A stretch of 56,904 nt of DNA from Flavobacteriales bacterium (lineage in GTDB: Bacteria > Bacteroidota > Bacteroidia > Flavobacteriales_D > JAHECK01): positions 1 through 56,904 of the forward strand of contig JAHECK010000003.1 of assembly GCA_024641785.1 (NCBI GenBank), in the 5' to 3' direction. Shown in pieces: positions 9,376-18,200 of the stretch. Below the pieces are notes generated by a model. It was given only the letters and a program-made list of their open reading frames with translations, made no database searches and was not told the DNA's origin. Each line of letters begins with the position of its first letter. The stretch's first letter is position 1. The translations under genes were made by a program, and so were the position numbers.

Positions 9376-10317
9376 ATGTTTAAAAATATGAAATTAATAG
9401 GAGTCATCTTTCTATCAATACTTCTATTAACAAATTGTAAAAAAGATGATAAAGTGGCCGATAATGGTCAAGGAGAAGTTGTTTTCTCACCTAATCAAAC
9501 TTCAAACTTTGAGAAAAGTGCAGAAAATAACTGTGAACTCGAGGTTTCCTACGCAATGGTTGTAGTGAATGAAATGACCTACAATCTTCCCGTGTTCTAT
9601 ATCGATGGAATGCTTACTACACAAGCGATTAAACTTAATGCAGGGGACTATATACTTGAAGAGTTTATTCTAATGAATGATAATGAAACTCCGGAAATCC
9701 TGGATGATGATATCGTAGTAATGTCTTCAGTAAATGAAGAGGGAGAATTCGAGAGTTATGTCGATATGACACTCCCTTATGAGTTTACTGTAGAAGCATT
9801 CTTGAAAGTAGAGCTTCATGTAGAAGTGATCTGTTATTATCCTGAATATTATGACTGGTACGGATTTGAATTTTTCACCGTATGGGTAACTAATATTCAT
9901 GAATGGTACTTCTTTGGAGATTTATGTCTTGAATATCCAGATCTATATGAAGGAAGCTTATATGAATTGCAAACTGAAGGTTTACAAGCCGACGTTCCAG
10001 CTATTTTTGAGATCGAAGTATGGCGAAATGAAGAATACCTTGGCACTTTCAGCAATGAAAGCTATCTGGGTGAAGAAATGCCATTGAAAGTAATTTATGC
10101 GGATAGGGTAGGAATAGAAGATAATTACGAATTCAAACTATACGTTCTTGTTAATGTAGGCGAAGGATTCGATTATGAATATTTCTATACCTGGGCATTT
10201 ACCGACCTTGCAGAGCTTGATATGGGAGAAGATGGAGTTACTGATTTCGTAATTGGTGACTGTGTGTATGATGGAATTGACCTTGTACTTCCACCTTGGA
10301 TGGATTATCCTAACTAA
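9376..10317 (+). CDS. Uncharacterised surface-lipoprotein family, 'short' member of pair 1
   Basis: The start is set at MFKNMKLIGVIFLSILLLTNC by alignment with the three paralogs. It has a lipobox LLTNC followed by KKDD. It is roughly four-fifths identical (by eye) to the N-terminal ~310 aa of the next gene and ends at ..LPPWMDYPN. Confidence 0.85.
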   Translation: MFKNMKLIGVIFLSILLLTNCKKDDKVADNGQGEVVFSPNQTSNFEKSAENNCELEVSYAMVVVNEMTYNLPVFYIDGMLTTQAIKLNAGDYILEEFILMNDNETPEILDDDIVVMSSVNEEGEFESYVDMTLPYEFTVEAFLKVELHVEVICYYPEYYDWYGFEFFTVWVTNIHEWYFFGDLCLEYPDLYEGSLYELQTEGLQADVPAIFEIEVWRNEEYLGTFSNESYLGEEMPLKVIYADRVGIEDNYEFKLYVLVNVGEGFDYEYFYTWAFTDLAELDMGEDGVTDFVIGDCVYDGIDLVLPPWMDYPN

Positions 10318-10328
10318 TAATTAGTGTT

Positions 10329-11747
10329 ATGATGAATAATTTGAGATTAATAGGGGTCATCTTTTTATCAGTTCTTCTATTAACGAATTGTAAAAAAGAT
10401 GATAAAGTGACCGATAATGGTCAGGGAGAAGTTGTTTTTTCAACTAATAAAACATCAAATTTTGATAAGAGTGCAGAATCTAACTGTGAGTTAACTGTTT
10501 CTTATGCATTTGTTGTAGTGAATGAAATGACCTATAACCTGCCTGTATTCTATATTGATGGAATGATCACTACACAAGCCATTAAGCTTGATGCAGGGGA
10601 TTATACATTAGAGGAATTTATTCTAATGAATGATAATGAAACTCCTGAAATATTGGATGACGATATCGTGGTAATGGCCTCTGTAAATGAAGAGGGAGAA
10701 TTTGCGAATTATGTGGAAATGACCCTCCCTTATGATTTTACTGTAGAAGCTTTCTTAAAAGTTGAGCTTCATGTAGAAGTGATCTGTTATTATCCTGAAT
10801 ATTATGACTGGTACGGATTCGAATTTTTCACTGTATGGGTAACAAATATTCATGAATGGTTCTTCTTCGGAGATCTATGTCTGAAAGCACCTTACGAATA
10901 CGAAGAAAGCTTATACGCTGAACAAAGTCAGGGATTGCAAGTAGATGTTCCTGCTATTTTTGAAATTGAAGTATGGCGAAATGAAGAATACCTCACTACC
11001 TTCAGCAATGAAAGTTTCTTAGGGGAAAACAATCCTCTAAAAATCACTTATGCTGATAGAGAAGGTATTTTGGATGAGTATGAGTTAAGACTTAATGTAC
11101 TCGTTAAAGTGGGTGACGGATTTGAATATGTTTATTTCTACAGCTGGTTCTTTACTGATGTAGCTGAGCTTCCTACAAATGGGGATGGTGTTACCGACTT
11201 TGTGATCGGAAACTGCGTATATGATGCACCCGACTTGTTATTAGCTCCTTGGATGAATCTTCCTATGGGAATTACATATGACTGTGTTCACCCTGGTGAA
11301 AATAGCTATTTCGATATCACTTTAAGCAATATCGGTCCTGGTTATGATATCCAAAATGGAGGTCCATACGAAGGATGGTGTGCTGATCTTGATAATACGA
11401 TCGGTCCTGGTGCCTATATAATGGATGCAAAAAGTTCATTATATCCTGAACTTCTACCGGGAGTATGGCAATTGAAAGGGCCTGCGTTGAATGCTTGTAA
11501 CTGGTTGTTTAACAATCTCGATAATTATGTATATACACCTGAAGAAATGCAAGATGCATTATGGTGCCTATTTGATGGCGTACCATGTACAGGTGTTGGT
11601 GCAACTATGGTTGCAGATGCATTGAATCATCAAGACTTCTCTCCTCTTCCAGGAGGATGGGCTGCGGTTCTATTCTTTGATGTGAATGATGATCCATTTA
11701 TTAATACGGATCATACTCAAATCACATTTTTCGTGGTAGATCCATAA
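10329..11747 (+). CDS. Uncharacterised surface-lipoprotein family, 'long' member of pair 1, with extra ~160-aa C-terminal Cys/Gln-motif module
   Basis: 472-aa ORF starting 11 nt after the short gene. It has the same signal peptide and lipobox. The C-terminal extension contains GWCADL (Cys351, nt 11379-11381) and EMQDALW (Gln408, nt 11550-11552). Confidence 0.88.
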   Translation: MMNNLRLIGVIFLSVLLLTNCKKDDKVTDNGQGEVVFSTNKTSNFDKSAESNCELTVSYAFVVVNEMTYNLPVFYIDGMITTQAIKLDAGDYTLEEFILMNDNETPEILDDDIVVMASVNEEGEFANYVEMTLPYDFTVEAFLKVELHVEVICYYPEYYDWYGFEFFTVWVTNIHEWFFFGDLCLKAPYEYEESLYAEQSQGLQVDVPAIFEIEVWRNEEYLTTFSNESFLGENNPLKITYADREGILDEYELRLNVLVKVGDGFEYVYFYSWFFTDVAELPTNGDGVTDFVIGNCVYDAPDLLLAPWMNLPMGITYDCVHPGENSYFDITLSNIGPGYDIQNGGPYEGWCADLDNTIGPGAYIMDAKSSLYPELLPGVWQLKGPALNACNWLFNNLDNYVYTPEEMQDALWCLFDGVPCTGVGATMVADALNHQDFSPLPGGWAAVLFFDVNDDPFINTDHTQITFFVVDP

Positions 11748-11772
11748 AGCGATCAACTAATTAATTAAAAGG

Positions 11773-11798
11773 AGAGGCGGACATTCCGCCTCTTTTTG
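11773..11798 (+). terminator. Rho-independent terminator after lipoprotein pair 1
   Basis: The stem agaggcgg (11773-11780) / ccgcctct (11786-11793) has the loop acatt and is followed by ttttt. Confidence 0.8.
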
Positions 11799-11868
11799 TT
11801 TCTGTATTTTTTTTTGATAGGATATTTTACTTAGATCAATTTTTGTTTTTAATTTTTAATTTTAGGAT

Positions 11869-11889
11869 AATTATCACAATGTGATAATT
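11869..11889. promoter_or_regulatory. Perfect 10-1-10 palindrome (candidate operator)
   Basis: The sequence aattatcaca-a-tgtgataatt is a perfect inverted repeat in the AT-rich spacer upstream of lipoprotein pair 2. Confidence 0.3.
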
Positions 11890-11998
11890 TTTCTAAACGC
11901 TATTTTATTTATAAGTAAGTGTTGTTTATTTTACACAAATAGCCATAATAAATAAATTGCTGTTAGACTTTTTGTATAAGCGTTTAACTAATATCAAT

Positions 11999-12006
11999 TA
12001 TGTTTG
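11999..12006 (+). promoter_or_regulatory. Candidate -7 box (TAnnTTTG) far upstream of lipoprotein pair 2
   Basis: The sequence tatgtttg is an exact TAnnTTTG match. If used, it implies a ~490-nt leader. Confidence 0.25.
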
Positions 12007-12385
12007 GCTAAAAACACATTTTAGCTATATAAAGCCTAAATTAATCGATAAAAAACTTGCTTTAGACGAAGTTTCTGTCGTAAATTTATACAACCTAACA
12101 ATTAAGAAAACCGCGCAACAATGAATTTAGATATAAAGGAAATGCCAGCTTAGAAAAACTGATGCTGGCATTTTATTCGCACAAAAAGAATACGATCTAA
12201 GTCCTCAAAAGTAATCCTCATTTCCGGATCGTATTTAACTCATAAGTAAATTGACTTTTATTTCAAACTCAAAATTCTTTGATATGGAAATAAATTATAT
12301 CGGCTCGAATAGGCTACAGTTTTAAGCCGCTGTAGCCCGCTCCTCAAGACTTTTATAGTATTCATTTAAACTCAGACTATGCAAT

Positions 12386-12485
12386 ATGATATCTCGGTAA
12401 GGCCGGTATCATGATCATCTGGTACCGGCCAAGCTACACCCAAGTTTAAAAATAAACAGTACCTAAAGGGTGCTGAATACCTAAC
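12386..12485 (+). promoter_or_regulatory. Conserved structured leader element upstream of lipoprotein pair 2 (homolog of 9269-9362)
   Basis: The box atgatatctcgg is at 12386-12397. Hairpin A is GGCCGGTATC (12401-12410) / GGTACCGGCC (12421-12430). Hairpin B is cagtacc (12457-12463) / ggtgctg (12469-12475) with one G-U pair. The tacctaac box is at 12478-12485, 14 nt before the ATG. Confidence 0.5.
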
Positions 12486-12499
12486 TTAAATTAATAAAC

Positions 12500-13468
12500 A
12501 TGTTTAAAAATATAAAACTAATAGGAGTGATTTTTTTATCCGTACTTCTATTAACTAATTGTAAAAAAGATAATAAAGACGACTCTATGTCTCCCGGTGA
12601 AATGGTATTTGCCGCTATAGACTACGATGATACTGAAAAGGATGGATTTGATTTTTTCTGTGATGAGAATTTAATCGTTCATCATGCATATATCGTTCTG
12701 GAAAATGAAGATGCAGTTGAAAGTATCCATGAACCATTGACTTTTACTTTGGATAATAAATTATATACACAAAGTATAAAATTGGCTCCGGGCGATTATA
12801 TTATTAAAGAATTTGCTCTAATGTCTGAAGATAATCAAGTCGTAAAAGCAACTCCAATGCTAGGAGCTGATTTTGATGAGTATGTTTCCAATCCTATTGA
12901 TGATCTAGTTGATTTTCATATTACTGCTTTTGAAAAAGCACAATATGCTATTGATGTGCTGTGTTATATTCCAGCTGAATGGGACAACTTTGGTTTCGAA
13001 TGGTTTGAAGTAACTGAGATCACATTGAGAGAACAATGCTTCTTTGGCGATATCTGTATCGATGATTTTAACGCCTATGCCGGATCATTGTATGATAACC
13101 CACTAGTGAATGATGAGGTTGCTATTTATAAAATTCTGGTTTTTCGTGATCGTATAGATAATCCTTCACCAGTAGGTATGTTCTATAACACATATTATGA
13201 AAATGATGTATTAATGTATAGATCACCACTTTGCGTTCAATATGCAGATTATGATCTTGATGTCAATAACTTCGAATTTGAGTTATGGATCTTAACCAAT
13301 TTTGGCTACGAAAAATTCCATGTCTGGACTTTCACTGATGCTGAAAGAATTCCAAGTAATAATTTTGATTATGTTCCCGGATATGATGACGGAGTAGTGG
13401 ATTTCGTATTTGGTGACTGTGTAGTAACTCCTTCCGATTTAGTGCTAACTGGTCCTATTCCTAATTAA
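12500..13468 (+). CDS. Uncharacterised surface-lipoprotein family, 'short' member of pair 2
   Basis: The 322-aa product starts MFKNIKLIGVIFLSVLLLTNCKKDNKDD. It shares the Cys pattern and motifs of the family (TQSIKL.PGDY, VLCY, FGFEWFEVTEIT.REQCFFGD.CI, DGVV.FV.G.CV). Confidence 0.85.
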   Translation: MFKNIKLIGVIFLSVLLLTNCKKDNKDDSMSPGEMVFAAIDYDDTEKDGFDFFCDENLIVHHAYIVLENEDAVESIHEPLTFTLDNKLYTQSIKLAPGDYIIKEFALMSEDNQVVKATPMLGADFDEYVSNPIDDLVDFHITAFEKAQYAIDVLCYIPAEWDNFGFEWFEVTEITLREQCFFGDICIDDFNAYAGSLYDNPLVNDEVAIYKILVFRDRIDNPSPVGMFYNTYYENDVLMYRSPLCVQYADYDLDVNNFEFELWILTNFGYEKFHVWTFTDAERIPSNNFDYVPGYDDGVVDFVFGDCVVTPSDLVLTGPIPN

Positions 13469-13517
13469 AATAGACTAGTAATTAAATCAGATAATATTAA
13501 TTTAAAAAGAAAAAAAG

Positions 13518-14990
13518 ATGTTGAACAATATAAAATTAATAGGAGTTATATTTCTTTCAATTCTCCTGTTAACAAACTGTAAGAAAGAAGTACAAGACAC
13601 GCAACAACCCGGTGAATTGGTATTTGCTGCGATTGATGTGAATACTGAAAAAGATGGTATCGATCAGTGGGATATTATGTGTAACGAAACCCTGATACCT
13701 GTTAAAGCTAGAGTAAATTTAAATGGTGAATTTTATTACCCAGCTCTCTTTATGTCAGAAGGAAAATTATTAACTCAAAGTATAAAACTTCCTCCTGGAG
13801 ACTATACAATTTTGGAGTTTAGTTTATTAACTGCAGATGATATCGTAGTGAAATCAACTCCGATGGAAGGGTCTGATTTTGCCGATTACGTTTCCAATCC
13901 TATCGATGGTGATGTTGACTTTACTATTGCATCATTTGTGAAAAGTGAATTTGAGATGGATGTTCTTTGTTACCTTCAAGCATATTATGAAAGCTTTGGT
14001 TTCGAATGGTTTGAAGTAACTGAAATTACCATTAGAGAACAATGCTTCTTTGGTGACTTCTGTATTAAAGATGTCAATCAATATGCACAATCATTGTACG
14101 GACTTAATGGAGTTACTATTGATGAAAAAGCGATTTTCAAAATTCGATTAAATAAGTTTGATAATGATTTGAACGAGTATGTTTATTATGCAGAATTCTA
14201 CAACTTTAATAATGGTGTTTATACATCCCCTTTATGTGTTGAATATGCAGATTATGACGCTACAGATGATTTTTACCAAGCTGAATTATGGATCTACGTT
14301 ACCAGTGGTGAAACCTGGGATTATGTTTATTTCCATACCTGGGATTTTCAAGATGCTGAAAGTATCGAAGAGCTTTATGGTGTTGGAAATGATGGAGTAG
14401 TAGAATTTGTGTTAGGTAATTGTGTCGATGACGAAACCGATCTATTATTACCTCCTTGGATGAATTTACCAACAGGACCTGATTATGATTTTACATTATC
14501 TAATGGTGGTGTTGGGCCTGATGCATACTGGCATATGACAATAGGTGGGATAAGTAGTTCACTTTATGATATGCAGAATGTTACTAATTATCCTGGATGG
14601 TGTGCAGATGAATTTACAACTATTGGTAATGGAACCATCTGTATGGATGCAATAAATTCTCTATATCCTGATATGTTACCAACTTATTGGTTAGATGCAA
14701 TCCCTAGTGGAGCTAATGCGCTTACAAGAAAACAAGCTATTTGTGCTGCAAACTGGTTGTGGAATAATGAAGCGATGTATGCACCATATACTTTTATGGA
14801 AATGCAAAATGCACTTTGGAATCTATTTAATAATTTAAATGTGGGGACTTCAGGTAAATCCTTTGTTATGGCTGATGCAGCCAGAGATCATCTTGATTAT
14901 TCACCATTGCCAGGTGGATGGGCCGCTATTTTCTTTGTGCCTTGTGATGATTCACAACTTCAAATGACCTTCTTCGTGGTTGATCCATGA
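13518..14990 (+). CDS. Uncharacterised surface-lipoprotein family, 'long' member of pair 2, with C-terminal Cys/Gln-motif module
   Basis: 490-aa ORF with the same signal peptide and lipobox. The C-terminal module has GWCADE (Cys362, nt 14601-14603) and EMQNALW (Gln430, nt 14805-14807). It ends in the shared motifs SPLPGGWAA and TFFVVDP. Confidence 0.88.
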   Translation: MLNNIKLIGVIFLSILLLTNCKKEVQDTQQPGELVFAAIDVNTEKDGIDQWDIMCNETLIPVKARVNLNGEFYYPALFMSEGKLLTQSIKLPPGDYTILEFSLLTADDIVVKSTPMEGSDFADYVSNPIDGDVDFTIASFVKSEFEMDVLCYLQAYYESFGFEWFEVTEITIREQCFFGDFCIKDVNQYAQSLYGLNGVTIDEKAIFKIRLNKFDNDLNEYVYYAEFYNFNNGVYTSPLCVEYADYDATDDFYQAELWIYVTSGETWDYVYFHTWDFQDAESIEELYGVGNDGVVEFVLGNCVDDETDLLLPPWMNLPTGPDYDFTLSNGGVGPDAYWHMTIGGISSSLYDMQNVTNYPGWCADEFTTIGNGTICMDAINSLYPDMLPTYWLDAIPSGANALTRKQAICAANWLWNNEAMYAPYTFMEMQNALWNLFNNLNVGTSGKSFVMADAARDHLDYSPLPGGWAAIFFVPCDDSQLQMTFFVVDP

Positions 14991-15011
14991 TGCATGTTTA
15001 GTATTAATTTA

Positions 15012-15041
15012 GAAAAAGACGGGCACAGCCCGTCTTTTTTA
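15012..15041 (+). terminator. Rho-independent terminator after lipoprotein pair 2
   Basis: The stem gacgggc (15018-15024) / gcccgtc (15028-15034) has the loop aca and is followed by tttttt. Confidence 0.85.
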
Positions 15042-15226
15042 TTTGCATTTTCTATGATATTTATCAAGGATAGTTTTTTTCTAAAGACCTTATTTACATG
15101 ACTATTAGTGCCCTTTTAACTGATACTAATCATTTTTTAAGGCCTTGTATAATCCTACTTTTATTGATTCAAGATCTAAGTGATTAGATCCGAGATTTTT
15201 AAAGAGAATTAGAAAACAAGAGAATT

Positions 15227-18200
15227 ATGAGCGGTCAAACAAAAGTGAAGTATCCAGGAAAAAGAATTACTACCAATGGGAACCTATTGGTATCATCTAC
15301 AGAAGCATTAATAGCACAGGGTGGGGTATTCTATCCGATCACCCCTTCCACAGAAATGGGGGAGAATTTTCAGTTGCATTTTGCTAAAGGCGATCTGAAT
15401 GCCTTTGGAGAAAATCTGATGGCAATCGAAGCCGAAGGAGAACACGCAGCACAAGGTGGTGCCATCGCCATGTCGGTAACCGGTAAGCGAACGGTTAACT
15501 TTACCTCCGGTCAGGGGATCATCTATGGTTTAGAGCAATATTATCATGCACCCGGTAAATTAAGTACCATGGTGTTAGAAGTAGGTGCAAGAGCACTTAC
15601 AAAACATGCCTTAAACGTGCATTGTGGTCACGATGACCTTTATGCCACTTTCGATACCGGTTGGACGATCCTGATGAGTAAAGATGCTCAACAAGCGGCC
15701 GACCAAGCTTTGATCTTACGTAAAGTCAATGAGATCTGTCTGAATCCCGGAATAAATGCCCAAGACGGTTTTTTAACAACTCACCTCGAACGTACTTTTT
15801 TAAAACCCGAAGCAGCCCTTGTTAGAGAATACCTTGGCGCTCCAGATGATATTATCGAATGTCCGACAGAAGGACAAATAGAATTATTTGGCCCAACACG
15901 ACGAAGAGTACCAAAGATCATCGACCTGAAAAATCCTATCGTTCTTGGTCCGGTTCAAAACCAGGAGCATTATATGAATGGAGTTGCAGCCCGAAGAAAT
16001 AATTTCTCTGAACATATTTTAGAAACACTTGAAGCAGCTTACGAAGAATATGCCGAATTAACAGGCCGCTCTTATGGATTGATCTCTCAATACAGATGCG
16101 AGGATGCAGATACTGTTTTCGTTGCCTTAGGTTCAGCCGCAGAGAATATAGAAGCCATGGTCGATCACCTTCGAGCCAATAGCGATGCGAAAGTAGGAGT
16201 GATCCATGTAAATGTTTTACGTCCTTTCCCCGAAAAAGCGATCATTGATGCGCTAAAAGGAAAAGATAATGTGATTATTTTAGAACGGACCGACGAACAA
16301 CTTGCAGGTGATAATCCACTCACAAGAGATATTCGATCTTCTCTTAGTAAAGCAGAAGCAAATCACAGAGATCTTTCTTTTGCTGATTTACCAAGCATTG
16401 ATCCTAAAACCGAAATGCCTCATTTATTTTCCGGCGTTTATGGTTTAGGTTCAAGAGATTTTAGACCCGAACATATTTTAGGAGCTTATGAATATGCCTC
16501 TGGAAAAGGAAAACGTAAAGATGGAAAAACAGCGAAAGATGGTGAGTCTTTCTTCTATTTAGGGATCGATCATCCTTATGCCGTTATTTCAAAACAAAAT
16601 CCATCCGGCTTACCTAAAGGTTCTATCGCTGTTCGTTTTCATTCTATAGGAGGATGGGGAATGATCACTACCGGTAAAAACCTTGGAATGATCTTAGGTG
16701 AATTTTCAAATTATATTGCCGAAAGAGATCAGTTAAAAGAAGAGGATGGAAGTCCGAAGGAAGTGATCCATATCTCTGCTAATCCAAAATACGGATCAGA
16801 GAAAAAAGGAGCCCCTACCAATTATTTTATGGTAGCAGCGCCCGAAAGAATTCGAGTTAATTGCGATCTGCAACATGTAAATGTGGTTTTATGCCCAGAC
16901 CCTAAAATTTTCCTACATACCGATCCATTAGCCGGATTGCGCAAAGGAGGTTCATTTATTTGGGAATCGAGCGAAACCGATCCTGCAAAAGCATGGGAAC
17001 GAATTCCAAGAAAATACCGAAAAGAATTGATCGATAACGAGATCAAAGTATATATTTTAAATGGTTTTGATATCGCGAAAAAAGCCACTCAAAAAGAAGA
17101 ATTACAAACCCGTATGCAAGGGAACTCCTTCTTGGGCGCCTTCTTTAGCGTTTCTACTTTCTTATCTGATAACCATATTCCAAACAACGAATTTCTTGAA
17201 ACAGTAAATGAGCAATACAAGAAAAAATTCGGTCGTTTTGGCGATGCGGTTGTAGAATCGAATATGATGGTAATGAAGGCCGGTTTTGAGCAGATCATAG
17301 AAGTGCCTGTAGGTGAGATCGATGCTCCTGATAAGTCACATTTCATCGCTTCTGTAATCTCCCCTTGTGAGGTTGATCTCAGTGAAGAAGAGATCTATGA
17401 AGGAGAAGAAAAAGCACCGATGTTTAAAATGTCAACCTTCGATAAGGAATTTAGAAATGGCCTTGGTTATCACCAGCCTTCTTCTGTACTTTCTTCAGTT
17501 GGATTAGTTGCTGCCGGTACCGGAGAGACTGCAAGTAAATATGTTGCACGAAGAGAAGTACCACGTTTTATTGCTGCTAATTGTACTCAGTGTATGGATT
17601 GTATAACGGATTGTCCTGATACAGCTTTACCTAATACAGCACAGGATATCTCAACAGTGGTTGCAACGGCGGTTCGGCATTATGTAAGTGATGAAGACGA
17701 TCGTCAAAGCTTATTGAAAGGAATTGATAAACTGGATAAAACAGTTCGTGCAGAAATGATCATGCGGGCTGCGATAAGTGATGACCAAAGTTTATTCTCT
17801 GATATCGTTTTGAAAAATATCGTCGAATTGAATTTGATCAGCAAAGATTCAGCCGCTTATTCAGAGTTAAGCGCCATTATGGAAACGCTTCCTTTTGCCT
17901 TTCATAAAGCGAAAGCTATTTTCGGAAATAAAGAAAATAAAGAACCGGGTGAAGGAGGAATTTTTGGAATCTTTGTAAATGACCTTTGTAAGGGATGTGG
18001 CGCATGTGTCGAAGCTTGTGGCCACGGAGCGCTGGAGATGATCTCTGAAAAAGAAGATATCCATGCAAATTATAAATCTTCAATTAAATTTTTAGATCTA
18101 TTATCCAATACACCAAGAAAATATCTAGGTCTTTTCAACCCTGAAAATCCTGAAGAATCGAAAGCAGCAGCATTGAAAAATCACATGATGCTTCGCTCAA

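Noticed and set aside
9899-14400. Out-of-frame same-strand ORFs inside the lipoprotein genes (9899-10087, 14179-14400)
   Set aside because: They are embedded in the paralogous CDSs, whose main frames are validated by four-way conservation. The alternative frames are not conserved between paralogs.
8650-15050. The lipoprotein block as a mobile element or genomic island
   Set aside because: I saw no integrase, transposase, tRNA target, or flanking direct or inverted repeats. The AT-rich spacers and duplication are better explained by local tandem duplication. Horizontal origin cannot be excluded without composition statistics.
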